Assembly: GCA_044225175.1 (NCBI GenBank)
Contig: JBGAJA010000001.1
Location: 550,711 to 614,710, forward strand
Direction: 5' to 3'
DNA: 64,000 bases
DNA from: Candidatus Omnitrophota bacterium
Lineage (GTDB): Bacteria; Omnitrophota; Gorgyraeia; Zapsychrales; Fredricksoniimonadaceae
The notes beneath the pieces were generated by a model. It had not been told where the DNA came from. It saw only the letters and a list, made by a program, of their open reading frames with translations, and did not search any database. Below, piece after piece: positions 11,650 through 21,999 of the stretch (position 1 is the first letter of the stretch; each line of letters begins with the position of its first letter). Both the position numbers and the translations under genes were made by a program.

Positions 11650-12846
11650 TTATTTTGTTGCTTTGGCAGGAGAAGTAGATTTCTTAAGGTAATGATAATC
11701 GATGATTTCTGAACCGGGATAATAGTAAGAGAGGATTTGTTTATAGGTAAATTGTTGTTCCGCCATCCCCTTGGCTCCCCATTGGCACATGCCAACTCCA
11801 TGTCCCCAGCCTTTGCCAATGAAGTCCACATAATATCCTTGCATCTTGATTTCGTATTTATTGCTTTTAATTTCATTTGGTCCAATAATTTCTCTGAAAA
11901 TTTTTCCAGGAATTGTGATTTCAGTTCCATCGCGGCTTATTATTTTTAAGTTTTTGATACGATCGCTTCGATCCCGATCCATTATTTTAATTTCTTTGAT
12001 GGACTCTATTTTGTAGCCTTCTTTATTAAGTTTGAGTTGAATGTCATGTAGACGGTAGTTTCTTTTCCAATGCATGTGCGGAGAGGTCTGGCAAAACATG
12101 CAAGGAACTCCTCGTAGAGGCTGAAGATTAAGGTTCCAAATCTCATTAGCATCTTCTGTCATACCTGAACATGCTGCATGAAAATAAGCAGGTAGAACTT
12201 TATCTTGAAAAGCTAGAACCTGTCCAGGGGTACGCTCAACTGCAAGTCCTGTGCGGTAGCGTTCTGAGTCTTTTCCTCCATACACCTGAGAATAAATATC
12301 ATTCGTTACATCGTATTCATTTTTGTAGCTCTGCTCCATTTTATAGATGGCATAAGTTCTAGTCGCTACAGCTTGTGCCTTCAAAGCCTCCATCGGCCAG
12401 TGATGAGAAACTTCATGATATAAAACACCTTTAATGTAATCTTCAATATCGATGCTGTTAATGACCGTAATCTTATTATTTGCTGTTCTAAGAATTAACA
12501 CATCTCCCCTGAAATTATGATTGTTAATGACAACGTATGTATCTTTGGTGGGTTTGATCAGAAGACGTTTGACGTCAAAAACATTTGTACCGATAAAGAG
12601 GCCTTTATCTAATAGACGAATTCTTGATTTTGGCAATCGACGCCCAGAGTTGATAATTTTTCCTGAATCCATGTCCATAAAACTATAGGCCCCGCCTATA
12701 TCAATATTAAGTTCTCTAGCATCGCGAACAATGGCAACTCGTACCATTTTAGGGGGAAGATTTTCTTTGTGAGTGACTTCAGCGATTGCAAAAACACCAC
12801 CTAAGAAAATCGCTATGCTTAAAAATATAAGGGATAATTTTTTCAT
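11650..12846 (-). CDS. SpoIID/LytB-domain protein (peptidoglycan lytic transglycosylase-like), secreted
   Basis: 398 aa with an N-terminal signal/TM segment. It has the SpoIID domain core (ALKAQAVATRTYAIY ... FHAACSGMTE). Confidence 0.65.
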   Translation of the reverse strand: MKKLSLIFLSIAIFLGGVFAIAEVTHKENLPPKMVRVAIVRDARELNIDIGGAYSFMDMDSGKIINSGRRLPKSRIRLLDKGLFIGTNVFDVKRLLIKPTKDTYVVINNHNFRGDVLILRTANNKITVINSIDIEDYIKGVLYHEVSHHWPMEALKAQAVATRTYAIYKMEQSYKNEYDVTNDIYSQVYGGKDSERYRTGLAVERTPGQVLAFQDKVLPAYFHAACSGMTEDANEIWNLNLQPLRGVPCMFCQTSPHMHWKRNYRLHDIQLKLNKEGYKIESIKEIKIMDRDRSDRIKNLKIISRDGTEITIPGKIFREIIGPNEIKSNKYEIKMQGYYVDFIGKGWGHGVGMCQWGAKGMAEQQFTYKQILSYYYPGSEIIDYHYLKKSTSPAKATK

Positions 12847-13058
12847 TTTTTAGAAATAAAAAACATAATTAATGATAGTACAACGCTTGCAAGAATACAT
12901 GTCGTAATTGGAAAGTAAAAACTAAAATTTTCTTTTTTAATAAAAATATCGCCTGGAAGTCGAGAAATATTTGTGAACTTGGCTAGAATAAAAATAAGAC
13001 ATCCAGCTCCAGCTAAAATTAATCCAAGAATGATTAAATTTTTTCCTAGGTCCACCAT
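12843..13058 (-). CDS. DUF2905 small membrane protein
   Basis: 71 aa with two TM helices and the LPGDI...FYFPI motif. Confidence 0.55.
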   Translation of the reverse strand: MVDLGKNLIILGLILAGAGCLIFILAKFTNISRLPGDIFIKKENFSFYFPITTCILASVVLSLIMFFISKK

Positions 13059-13108
13059 AAGTGGGATTTATTATAGCTATGATTTCAAAATTATGCAGAT
13101 TATTTAGT

Positions 13109-13149
13109 ACAAAAGAAGAGTCGTCCCCGCCTAACGGCAAGGACGACTC
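13109..13149 (-). terminator. Rho-independent terminator. Hairpin GAGTCGTCC(N14)GGACGACTC, followed on the minus strand by TTCTTTTGT.
   Basis: A perfect 9-bp inverted repeat at 13118-13126 / 13141-13149. It is immediately downstream of the 13176..13466 gene and upstream of the DUF2905-SpoIID-queA-tgt-trmD-rplS-rnhB string. Confidence 0.6.
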
Positions 13150-13175
13150 TCGAAACACTTACCCTTTAGTTGACC

Positions 13176-13466
13176 TTATTTGGTCATTTCTAAAGGAGAT
13201 GTAACAATACCCCATGTTCCATCTACAATCTGTTTACCCATATAGAAAGTCCCTTTGAGTAAACCACCTACAAATGCAAATGGTAATACATGTAATGGTA
13301 CATCTTTGGTTTCCGTCATTAGACTATCTTTCACTTGTAAAGGTGACGTAATAACACTAGTTGCGCCATCTTTTAGTTTTTCAACAGTGCGTGGATAGGC
13401 AAAAGACGGGCTTGTAAAGGCTACAATGACCGTTAATGCTAATAAAAGATTTGATAAGCGTTTCAT
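13176..13466 (-). CDS. Small secreted protein with an internal duplicated G-x-x-[ST]-[VI]-[IV]-TSPL-[QE] motif (possibly the exosortase-associated TIGR04073-like family)
   Basis: 96 aa with a signal peptide MKRLSNLLLALTVIVAFTSPSFA. The two repeats are GATSVITSPLQV and GTWGIVTSPLEM. Confidence 0.4.
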   Translation of the reverse strand: MKRLSNLLLALTVIVAFTSPSFAYPRTVEKLKDGATSVITSPLQVKDSLMTETKDVPLHVLPFAFVGGLLKGTFYMGKQIVDGTWGIVTSPLEMTK

Positions 13467-13580
13467 ATCCCACCTCCGGTTAAGAACCCCCTTATGGAGT
13501 TCTTTCTTACTACAAGTATGGCATACAAAAGTAAGTGATACGATGGTGTTTGGTGGTTTTTGAGGAAACGTTTACTTTGA

Positions 13581-13964
13581 TTAGGATTTCAAAATTGCAG
13601 CAATGAAAAGACTTACAACACAGGAAAAACCAACAAACCAGACGAGTGAGCGTAAGGTGGCTTGATTTTGTATATATAAAACTCCATAAAGGATACGGCA
13701 GATGATAAATATGATGGCAAGGGTACTAATAAGATCATAAGATACAGAGGCAACTTGAGCTAGAATGATGCTTATGGCAAAGGCTGGAAAAGCCTCAAAA
13801 GAGTTAATATGGGCAAAATTAGCTCTTTTTCCCTTATCCCCTATTGTTTCTAAAAATTCCCTGGGTTTGCTGTTATCGTAGCCTTTTGTGCAGAATTTAG
13901 CGTAACCTACAAAGAAATAAGGCAGAATTGCGGCAATTAGAATGCAAATATAGGCAATCGTCAT
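13581..13964 (-). CDS. MAPEG-family membrane protein (microsomal glutathione transferase / YecN-like)
   Basis: 127 aa with 3-4 TM helices. It has the HxNxxExxPxF and R..Y motifs typical of MAPEG. Confidence 0.5.
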   Translation of the reverse strand: MTIAYICILIAAILPYFFVGYAKFCTKGYDNSKPREFLETIGDKGKRANFAHINSFEAFPAFAISIILAQVASVSYDLISTLAIIFIICRILYGVLYIQNQATLRSLVWFVGFSCVVSLFIAAILKS

Positions 13965-13978
13965 TTAACTAAGTATCC

Positions 13979-15073
13979 TTACCACTCTAAAGCGCCGCCT
14001 GTTTGATATTCTGTAACGCGGGTTTCGAAGAAGTTCTTTTCTTTTTTAAGGTCAATGATTTCACTCATCCAAGGAAAAGGATTGGTTGAGTTATAGACTT
14101 TTTCTAAGCGTAATTTTTCTAAACGACGATCAGCAATGTATTGTACGTATTCGCGCATCATAGGAACGTTCAATCCTAATACGCCTCGTGGTAAGCATTC
14201 CTGAGCATAATTGACCTCTAACTCAACAGCACGTTTGATTCTTTTGGTGATATATTGTGCAAATTCGGAAGTCCAGCCGTATTTATTTTCATCGATGATT
14301 GTGTTGATCAGTTCAATTCCAAAATTCATGTGAATACTTTCATCACGCAAGATATATTGAATTTGTTCGCATGTTCCAGGCATACGGTTTTGACGGCCAA
14401 AAGACAGCATAGTCACAAAGCCGCTATAGAAGAAAATTCCTTCTGTAACAACATAGAACGCAATCAAGTTATCTAAGAATTTCTGCAAGCCTTCTTTGGT
14501 TGCTAAATCTACGTTTTGATCTACGATGCCATCTGTGCAACTCATTGAGAATTCATCTTTTTCATAGATCGCTTTATTTTCACGATACATATTAAAAATT
14601 TCAGTTTCATCTAAAGATAAAGATTCAACAATGTATTGAAATGTGTGAACGTGAACAGCTTCTTCGAATGCTTGACGGAGCAAATATTGGCGGCATTCAG
14701 GATTATCAACCATTTTATAGATGGATAAAACAATATTGTTGCCCACAAGTGTTTCTGCAGTCGAAAAGAAGCCAAGGTTTCTTTTAATGACATGGCGTTC
14801 ATCATCAGTAAATGCTTTTGGGTTCTTCCACTGTTCAATATCTCTTTGCATGGAAACTTCGGTTGGCATCCATGTGTTGGCACAAGCGTCTAAATAAGAA
14901 TGCCAAGCCCATTTGTATTTAATGGGAACAAGCTGATTAACATCAACAGTACGATTATTAAGAATGATTCGTTTGTTATCCGCAGAGACTCTATCTCTGG
15001 TCATTCTCAATCCGCCATTGCATTCTTGGCCTTCTAATTTTTCTGACATTGATAAATCTCCTGTTATTGACAT
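13979..15073 (-). CDS. nrdB: Ribonucleotide-diphosphate reductase beta subunit (class I, R2)
   Basis: 364 aa with the diiron ligand motifs EEAVHVHTF and EGIFFYSGF. Confidence 0.9.
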   Translation of the reverse strand: MSITGDLSMSEKLEGQECNGGLRMTRDRVSADNKRIILNNRTVDVNQLVPIKYKWAWHSYLDACANTWMPTEVSMQRDIEQWKNPKAFTDDERHVIKRNLGFFSTAETLVGNNIVLSIYKMVDNPECRQYLLRQAFEEAVHVHTFQYIVESLSLDETEIFNMYRENKAIYEKDEFSMSCTDGIVDQNVDLATKEGLQKFLDNLIAFYVVTEGIFFYSGFVTMLSFGRQNRMPGTCEQIQYILRDESIHMNFGIELINTIIDENKYGWTSEFAQYITKRIKRAVELEVNYAQECLPRGVLGLNVPMMREYVQYIADRRLEKLRLEKVYNSTNPFPWMSEIIDLKKEKNFFETRVTEYQTGGALEW

Positions 15074-18000
15074 GATTCACAATCTTGAACTGGTTCAGCG
15101 CTAAGCTTTGCAGTAGGCTGTTCAACCACTTGGCCTTTTTCATTGCGTTCACGTTGACCAACTACATTTCCATATTTATTAATATCGAGCGTACTTTTTT
15201 CAATACGAGTTGCACCCATAGATCGTAAGTAATAAGTTGTTTTTAGTCCTTTTTCCCAAGCGAACATATACATATCGCTAATCTTTTTTCCACTTGGTTT
15301 AGCTTGATACAGATTCAAACTTTGTCCCATATCAATCCACTTTTGACGTCGACTAGCGGCTTCAATGATCCATTCATAATCTACTTCAAAAGCAGTTGCA
15401 TATTTGGCTTTGAGATTAGCTGGAATACGTTTAATTTCTTGAACGCTTCCATCGAAGTATTTGAGGTCATCGATCATTTCTTGATCCCATAGTCCAAGTT
15501 TCTTAAGATCTTCGACTAAATATTCGTTAATAACGGTAAATTCACCAGAAAGATTGCTTTTTACGAATACATTTTTGTACATGGGTTCAATACTTTGGGT
15601 AACACCGCAGATATTACCAATTGTGGCTGTTGGGGCAATGGCCATGACAAGGCTGTTTCGAATCCCATGTGTTTTAAGAGATTGACGAATAGCATTCCAA
15701 TCCATACTTTGGCTGCGATCCATATCTAAATAATCACCACGTTCTTTGTGGAGTAATTCAATTGTGTCAATGGGCAATAAGCCTCGATCCCATTTGGAAC
15801 CTTTGTAACTAGAATATGTTCCTCGCTCTTTAGCTAATTCAATGGAACCAAGTAAAGCATAATAAGAAACAGCTTCCATGCTGCGATCAGCAAATTCAAT
15901 GGCTTCTTGGGAGGCATAACTGATATCTAGTAGATATAAAGCATCTTGAAAGCCCATGATACCCATACCGACGGGACGATGACGACTATTAGCGGTTGAT
16001 GTTTCTGCGGTGGGATAAAAATTGATGTCAATGACATTATCTAGCATGCGAACGGCAGTTGTGATGGTTTCTTTAAGCTTTTTGTGATCAATACCATCTT
16101 GAGTAACATGTGCGGTTAAATTAACAGAGCCTAAATTGCAAACGGCATTTTCTTCTTTGGAGGTATTAAGAAGAATTTCAGTACAAAGATTCGAGCTATG
16201 GACAACTCCCGCATGGTCTTGAGGAGAGCGAATGTTGGAAGGATCTTTCCAGGTGATCCATGGATGACCGGTTTCAAACACCATGGAAAGCATTTTACGC
16301 CATAATTGGACAGCAGATATAGTCCTGAAATGTTTAATCTTTCCTTCTTTAGCCATCTCTTCATATTCATGGTAGCGTTTCTCAAAAGCCTGACCATACA
16401 TGTGATGCAAATCAGGGGTTTCTGATGGGGTAAAAAGTGTCCAATCGGCGTTTGCTTTAACCCTTTTCATAAAAAGATCAGGAATCCAATTGGCTGTATG
16501 CATATCATGAGTACGACGGCGTTCATCTCCTGTATTTTTGCGAAGTTCAAGAAATTCTTCAATGTCCAAATGCCAGGCTTCTAAATATGCGCACATGGCA
16601 CCTTTACGTTTACCGCCTTGATTGACAGCTACTGCAGTATCATTGGCTACTTTCAAAAATGGGATAATTCCCTGACTCTTTCCGTTGGTTCCTTTGATAC
16701 GAGAACCCATAGCTCGAACACTTGTCCAATCGTTTCCTAAACCGCCGCTCCATTTGGAAAGCATTGCGTCATCTTGGATACATTTGAAAATGTGCCATAA
16801 ATCATCTTCAATTGTAGTTAGGAAGCATGATGACAATTGTGGATGGCGGGTTCCTGCATTGAACAGAGTTGGTGTGGATGACATAAAACGAAATGTAGAG
16901 AGGATATTATAAAACTCGATAGCGCGTTTATTTTTTTGTTCGCCTTCTTTTATGGCTAATCCCATAGCAACACGCATCCAAAAGATTTGAGGAATTTCAA
17001 TTCTCTTTTCTTGAGAATGAATAAAATAACGATCATAAAGGGTTTGTAAACCCATATAACGCAAGATGAAATCACGTTCAGGGACTAAAGCCTTAGATAA
17101 TTCTTTTAAATCAAAAGATTTTAATGCGGGATCCAAAAGTTCTAACTGACTGGCTTGAGAAATAAATTTAATAAAATATTCAGGATATTCCACGCGAATA
17201 CGTTCGAAAGAAGCATCTGTTCCTAAGGCTTCAGCATATTCTAAGAGCAACAGTAATCGAGCTGCCACAAATGAGTAATTAGGTTCTTTTTCGATAAAAC
17301 TTCGAGCCGCCATAATATTAGCTTGCGCCATTTGACGTTCCGTCATTCCATCAAAATAGCTTTTAACGGCTTCTTTAAAAAGCATGTCCACAGAAACATT
17401 AGCCAAAGACTTGCAGCATGTTTCAAATTTAAAACGAATTTCTTCTAAATCAATGGGCCGTGTTTCGCCTTTTTCGTTCTTAATAGCTAAATTTTTAACC
17501 CATTCAATAGATTCTTCTACTTGGACATGTTTGACTCTTCTTTGTTTAGCGCGTTCTTCCCTGTAAATAATATAACGTTTGGCAACATCATGATATCCCC
17601 CTGCCATAATGATCTTCTCGACAATATCTTGTATTTCTTCAATGCTGATCGATTTGCCATCAGGCCAGCGTGTTTTAATTTCTGAAGTCACCTTGTCAGA
17701 GAGTTCATGGGCTTTTTCGATGAGGATTTCATTATAAATACCTTTATTATGAGCAATCAAAGCTTTAGCAATGGCGAGGGTGATCTTTTCTTGTTTGAAA
17801 GAGACAATTTTACCATCACGTTTGATGATAGAAAAAAGTTCAAATAATTGACGACGGGAAGCATGATGACGACGGTAGCTGGCATAACGTTCAGCTACTT
17901 CTTTTTGACCGTTTTCATAAAGCTGACGAATGACTTCGTCTTGAATTTCTTCAACAGTTAGGTGAGGTTTTTGTACGCCTCGTTCCTTAAGAACGGCTAC

Positions 18001-18210
18001 TACGCAAGTAGTAATTTTATTTACATCTGTAATGTTTTCTGCAGAAAGTTCAGATTCACGAGGAAGGCCCAATTGTTCTTTGAAAGCATTAGCCACAGCA
18101 TGGGTAATTCGGTGAGGCACAAATTCAATGACTTGACCGTTACGTTTTTGTACCTTGATGTCGAAATTATTGGTTGTGACTGAAGACATCGATGGATCCT
18201 CCCTGTGCAA
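15064..18210 (-). CDS. nrdA: Ribonucleotide-diphosphate reductase alpha subunit (class I, R1) with three tandem N-terminal ATP-cone repeats
   Basis: 1048 aa. Three VxKRDG.xxxF-type ATP-cone starts are visible ([38 protein letters not shown]). It has the catalytic C/N/E region and C-terminal CESC. Confidence 0.9.
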   Translation of the reverse strand: MHREDPSMSSVTTNNFDIKVQKRNGQVIEFVPHRITHAVANAFKEQLGLPRESELSAENITDVNKITTCVVAVLKERGVQKPHLTVEEIQDEVIRQLYENGQKEVAERYASYRRHHASRRQLFELFSIIKRDGKIVSFKQEKITLAIAKALIAHNKGIYNEILIEKAHELSDKVTSEIKTRWPDGKSISIEEIQDIVEKIIMAGGYHDVAKRYIIYREERAKQRRVKHVQVEESIEWVKNLAIKNEKGETRPIDLEEIRFKFETCCKSLANVSVDMLFKEAVKSYFDGMTERQMAQANIMAARSFIEKEPNYSFVAARLLLLLEYAEALGTDASFERIRVEYPEYFIKFISQASQLELLDPALKSFDLKELSKALVPERDFILRYMGLQTLYDRYFIHSQEKRIEIPQIFWMRVAMGLAIKEGEQKNKRAIEFYNILSTFRFMSSTPTLFNAGTRHPQLSSCFLTTIEDDLWHIFKCIQDDAMLSKWSGGLGNDWTSVRAMGSRIKGTNGKSQGIIPFLKVANDTAVAVNQGGKRKGAMCAYLEAWHLDIEEFLELRKNTGDERRRTHDMHTANWIPDLFMKRVKANADWTLFTPSETPDLHHMYGQAFEKRYHEYEEMAKEGKIKHFRTISAVQLWRKMLSMVFETGHPWITWKDPSNIRSPQDHAGVVHSSNLCTEILLNTSKEENAVCNLGSVNLTAHVTQDGIDHKKLKETITTAVRMLDNVIDINFYPTAETSTANSRHRPVGMGIMGFQDALYLLDISYASQEAIEFADRSMEAVSYYALLGSIELAKERGTYSSYKGSKWDRGLLPIDTIELLHKERGDYLDMDRSQSMDWNAIRQSLKTHGIRNSLVMAIAPTATIGNICGVTQSIEPMYKNVFVKSNLSGEFTVINEYLVEDLKKLGLWDQEMIDDLKYFDGSVQEIKRIPANLKAKYATAFEVDYEWIIEAASRRQKWIDMGQSLNLYQAKPSGKKISDMYMFAWEKGLKTTYYLRSMGATRIEKSTLDINKYGNVVGQRERNEKGQVVEQPTAKLSAEPVQDCESCQ

Positions 18211-18227
18211 ATGAAATTAATTAAGAA

Positions 18228-18243
18228 ACACTATATATATGAT
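18228..18243 (-). promoter_or_regulatory. Putative NrdR-box-like element upstream of nrdA
   Basis: ACACTATATATATGAT; the reverse complement ATCATATATATAGTGT matches the 3' half of the NrdR consensus acaCwAtATaTwGtgt perfectly. A weaker second palindromic element, ACTAGATATAGTACT, lies about 33 nt away at 18261-18276. Confidence 0.3.
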
Positions 18244-18321
18244 TTTTTAATCCGGTAACTACTAGATATAGTACTATAACAAACAGTCGTCAAATAAATT
18301 TTAAAGTATTTTTTATTCTTT

Positions 18322-18936
18322 TTATTTATTGACGCTGGTAAATCTTTTTTCTACTTCTTGCCAATTCACAATGTTCCAAAATGCAGAAATGTAATCGGGG
18401 CGTCTGTTTTGATAGTTCAAATAATAGGCATGTTCCCATACATCAATGCCTAAAATTGGAGTCTTACCTTCCATCAAAGGACTATCTTGGTTGGCGGTTG
18501 ATGAGATTTCTAATTTTCCGTCTTTTCCAACGGACAACCAGGCCCATCCGCTTCCAAAACGAGTGGTTGCTGCAGCTGAAAATTTTTCTTTGAAAGCATC
18601 AAAAGACCCGAACTCCTTATTGATAGCTTCAGCTATTTTACCAGTAGGATTCCCACCACATTTAGGACCAATGATTGTCCAGAAAAAGGTGTGATTTGCA
18701 TGTCCACCGCCGTTATTGCGGACAACATTACGGATGTCTTCAGGAACTTTACTTAAATCTGAAATTAATTCTTCGACACTTTTGGACTCTAAGTCTGCTT
18801 TTCCTTCGATTACTTTATTTACATTATTGATATAAGCCTGATGATGTTTTGTGTGGTGAATCTCCATAGTTTTTGTGTCAATGTGTGGTTCTAAAGCGTT
18901 GTGTGGGTATGTGAGTGTTGGTAATGTGTAGGCCAT
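18322..18936 (-). CDS. sodA: Superoxide dismutase (Fe/Mn type)
   Basis: 204 aa. It has the [20 protein letters not shown]-terminus and DVWEHAYYL metal ligands. Confidence 0.9.
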   Translation of the reverse strand: MAYTLPTLTYPHNALEPHIDTKTMEIHHTKHHQAYINNVNKVIEGKADLESKSVEELISDLSKVPEDIRNVVRNNGGGHANHTFFWTIIGPKCGGNPTGKIAEAINKEFGSFDAFKEKFSAAATTRFGSGWAWLSVGKDGKLEISSTANQDSPLMEGKTPILGIDVWEHAYYLNYQNRRPDYISAFWNIVNWQEVEKRFTSVNK

Positions 18937-18957
18937 ATGAGACTCCTTTGATATTCG

Positions 18958-19464
18958 TTAAAGAGATTTCACTGCATTTAAAGTTTCATCGTAATTTGGT
19001 TCGCTGGCAACTTCCTTGACTAACTGAATATCACGAACTGTTCCTTTCTCATCAATGATAAAAATGGAACGAGCTAAGAGATTTAAACCTTTAATCAGAA
19101 CACCATATTGTTCACCAAAATTACTTCGGTAATCAGACAATGTTTTGACGGCACTCGCGTTAGCTGCACCACACCAGCGTTTTTGAGCAAATGGAAGATC
19201 TTTGCTGACCGTTACAACCACAACATCGGACAGTTTTGATGCTTCTTGATTAAAGCGTTTTGTTTGCAAATCACAGACGGGAGTATCGAGAGATGGAACA
19301 ACGGACAAAATAACTTTTTTTCCAATAAAAGAAGACAATTTGACTTCTGATAAATCGTTTGCAACCAATGTAACATCTGGTGCATGATCCCCCACTTTGA
19401 CTTCAGTGCCAGTGAGAGTTAAAGGATTGCCCTTCATTGTGATCACACCTGTACGTTCTGCCAT
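18958..19464 (-). CDS. tpx: Thiol peroxidase (atypical 2-Cys peroxiredoxin)
   Basis: 168 aa with the SVVPSLDTPVCDLQT peroxidatic-Cys motif. It is 21 nt upstream of sodA, so co-transcription is likely. Confidence 0.85.
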   Translation of the reverse strand: MAERTGVITMKGNPLTLTGTEVKVGDHAPDVTLVANDLSEVKLSSFIGKKVILSVVPSLDTPVCDLQTKRFNQEASKLSDVVVVTVSKDLPFAQKRWCGAANASAVKTLSDYRSNFGEQYGVLIKGLNLLARSIFIIDEKGTVRDIQLVKEVASEPNYDETLNAVKSL

Positions 19465-19507
19465 TTAAATTCCTTTCGTTATTGTACAGACTAGGCATGC
19501 CTCGTCT

Positions 19508-20188
19508 CTACGATGATTTTTCGATCTGATTTTTATAAATCCCAGCTGCTAAAATGCCTCCAACAATAGGTCCTACTAAATAAATCCACCAATTTTGTAA
19601 AGAGCCTCCTATGAGAGCGGGGCCAATGTAACGGGCGGGGTTCATGGCAGCCCCTGAAATGGGTCCACCCATTAAAATATCCATAACAACTGTTAAACCA
19701 ATAAATAATTCACCTAGCTTAGGAGTTCTTGGATCAACCGCAGTTCCATAAACTACGAAAACTAAAAAGAAGGTTAAAGTAATTTCAGTGATTAGGGCCA
19801 TCTGAGTAGTGATTCCGGTTCCTAGAGAGGGTGTTCCTAGATTAACGGCTGTTAAAACATCTGCAGGTACAGCAGCTTTGATGACAAATGCAGCTACAAT
19901 GGCTCCTAGACACTGGGCTAAAATATAGCCTACAGCTTTGGAAGAATCGATTTTTTTGACAAACCATAAGCCAATAGTGACAGCTGGATTGAGATGCCCT
20001 CCGCTTACGGCTCCGGTTGCTGTTGCCATGGTAGCGATTCCTAAACCGTGTGCTAAGGCAATGCCAACAAGGCCAACCTTTCCACCTGTGAGGTGATCTG
20101 CTGCGATGGAGCCAATTCCAATAAAAACAAAGCCAAATGTTCCGATAAATTCTGCAATGAAAGGTTTTAAAGATTGATTTTTATTCAT
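19508..20188 (-). CDS. MIP-family channel (aquaporin / glycerol facilitator)
   Basis: 226 aa with two NPA boxes (SGGHLNPAVT and NPAR) and six TM helices. Confidence 0.85.
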   Translation of the reverse strand: MNKNQSLKPFIAEFIGTFGFVFIGIGSIAADHLTGGKVGLVGIALAHGLGIATMATATGAVSGGHLNPAVTIGLWFVKKIDSSKAVGYILAQCLGAIVAAFVIKAAVPADVLTAVNLGTPSLGTGITTQMALITEITLTFFLVFVVYGTAVDPRTPKLGELFIGLTVVMDILMGGPISGAAMNPARYIGPALIGGSLQNWWIYLVGPIVGGILAAGIYKNQIEKSS

Positions 20189-20240
20189 GAAAGTTCCTTA
20201 AATAAAGGTTAGGAAAGACATATTACAATCTTCTTTTTAT

Positions 20241-20669
20241 TTGTCAATCGTTTGCTATAATCTATGCATGTTTACATATAAAGCACAGATCAAATTGCAT
20301 GACACCGACGCAGCAGGTCTTCTTTTTTTTGGAAAACAGTTCTTTTATGTACATGATGCATATGAAAAATTGCTTGAGAAAATTGGCTTTGGTTTTTCAC
20401 ATCTATTAAAAAAGACTGGCTATTTCCTTCCTATCGTCCACGCTGAAAGCACTTATAAAAAACCTTTATTTGTTGGTGATGAAATTGTTATTAAAGTGAA
20501 GCTGACTCACATTGGAACAAGTTCAATTACTTTTGAATATGAAATCACTCATAAAGGAGTTTTGGTTGGAACAGCCAAAACTGTTCATGTCACAATCAAT
20601 AAAGCTACCAAAAAGAAAACACCTCTTCCTAAAGCTTTTCGATCCGCTCTTGAAAAAATTTACGGCTGA
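20241..20669 (+). CDS. Hotdog-fold acyl-CoA thioesterase (4HBT/YbgC family); candidate 1,4-dihydroxy-2-naphthoyl-CoA thioesterase
   Basis: 142 aa with the HDTDAAG active-site region of 4HBT-type thioesterases. It is convergent with menE and overlaps its 3' end by 41 nt. A perfect TATAAT at 20256-20261 lies inside the annotated 5' end, so the true start may be Met10 (20268). Confidence 0.6.
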   Translation: MSIVCYNLCMFTYKAQIKLHDTDAAGLLFFGKQFFYVHDAYEKLLEKIGFGFSHLLKKTGYFLPIVHAESTYKKPLFVGDEIVIKVKLTHIGTSSITFEYEITHKGVLVGTAKTVHVTINKATKKKTPLPKAFRSALEKIYG

Positions 20670-21999
20670 TTTTGAGGCCTTGGTTTAGGTCTTGAGGCCA
20701 GGAATGGAATGACACGGGGACTTTGATTTTGGGCAGATACTGGATGCAGTAATCTCTTAAATAATGTTCATTAAAGGGGCCAAACGTGCGTACGAAGGCA
20801 ACTGGCCGATTTCCATATTCAGGGTCCTCTTTAGCAATGACGATGGCTTCTTTGACTTGTGGAGATTTCATTAAAACCGATTCGATTTCTTCGGGCTGAA
20901 TGTTTTCTCCCGCGCAAATGAACATATTGTCTATTCTTCCAAGTATGGTTAAATATTCGTTTTTAATCACGCCCCTATCCCTTGTTTCAAACCAGCCATC
21001 ATTATTCAGCGGCAAAGTGATTTTATTTTGATTCAAGTATCCCTTAAACAACACTTCCCCTTTGACTAAGATTTGGCCATTGGAATCGATCATTAATTGT
21101 CTGTAGGGCAAGACTTTGGCGCCAAGGTGTTTGATATCATCCACCTTGCTTGTGGCCACTTGGGAAGACATTTCTGTTAATCCATAGCTTAAGTAAATCG
21201 GTAAATTTAATGCTAAAGCTTTCTCGATTAATCCATAAGGAATTGAGCTTCCGCCAAGTAGAATGTATTTCAAAGATTTTAAAGCTTCGTGATTGTCTTT
21301 ATGTTCAATTAATCGGTAAAGTTGTGTTGCAACCAAAGAAATATGTGTGGGTTTATGACGACGAATGACTTGAATCAGCTCCTCTTCTCCCATGACAACA
21401 ATAGCAGCTTGAGCCAGAAAACAACGGCAAACAATGCTGATTCCAGAAACATGATGAAGCGGTAAGGACAGCACCCATCGGTCACCTTTCTCTAAAGGAA
21501 TCTCTTGTTGAGAACCCTTGGCGCTATATACGTGATTGCCCCATGTATGAACGGCGGCTTTAGGCTGACTACTACTTCCAGATGTCCAGATGATGGTTGC
21601 TTCTTGGTCCAAAGGAAGTTCCGGTGGAACGCTTGGTGGTGCGTTTCTGGCATCAAAAGAGATAAGTTCATTAAGAGTAATGATGGGAATAGGGATTTTT
21701 TTGTAAGATTCAAAACGTTTATCTGAGCATAGAACGACCTTGGGGTTCAAGCTTAGAGTGCATTGCAGGAGAGTTTCATAAGGCCATTTAGGATTCAAGG
21801 GACAGGCAACAACGCCCATTCTCCATAGAGCCAACAAGATAATGATAAATTCGATGCTATTATTCTCAATTAAGACAATTCTATCCTTGGATGTAAGTCC
21901 ACGGCCTTTGAGATGTTTGACTACAGAATTGATATACTGTTCTAGTCTCTGGTCATCAATTGTTCGTGTGCCCCATATAATGGAGGTATGTCGACTCAT
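20629..21999 (-). CDS. menE: O-succinylbenzoate-CoA ligase
   Basis: 456 aa with the AMP-binding motif IIWTSGSSSQPKAAVHT, embedded in the men cluster. Confidence 0.75.
   Translation of the reverse strand: MSRHTSIIWGTRTIDDQRLEQYINSVVKHLKGRGLTSKDRIVLIENNSIEFIIILLALWRMGVVACPLNPKWPYETLLQCTLSLNPKVVLCSDKRFESYKKIPIPIITLNELISFDARNAPPSVPPELPLDQEATIIWTSGSSSQPKAAVHTWGNHVYSAKGSQQEIPLEKGDRWVLSLPLHHVSGISIVCRCFLAQAAIVVMGEEELIQVIRRHKPTHISLVATQLYRLIEHKDNHEALKSLKYILLGGSSIPYGLIEKALALNLPIYLSYGLTEMSSQVATSKVDDIKHLGAKVLPYRQLMIDSNGQILVKGEVLFKGYLNQNKITLPLNNDGWFETRDRGVIKNEYLTILGRIDNMFICAGENIQPEEIESVLMKSPQVKEAIVIAKEDPEYGNRPVAFVRTFGPFNEHYLRDYCIQYLPKIKVPVSFHSWPQDLNQGLKISRKFFQERIEKL

Noticed and set aside
12937-13158. 73-aa minus-strand ORF overlapping the DUF2905 gene and the terminator
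   Set aside because: It is in an alternative frame, runs through the terminator hairpin, and has no features.
18261-18276. Second NrdR box upstream of nrdA
   Set aside because: It has palindromic character (ACTAGATATAGTACT) but matches the NrdR consensus poorly. It is kept only as a note within the NrdR finding.
19476-19499. Imperfect 24-bp palindrome AGACTAGGCATGCCTCGTCT between the MIP gene and tpx, as a terminator
   Set aside because: There is no T-tract on the minus strand after it. It may instead be an operator, so it is not called as a feature.
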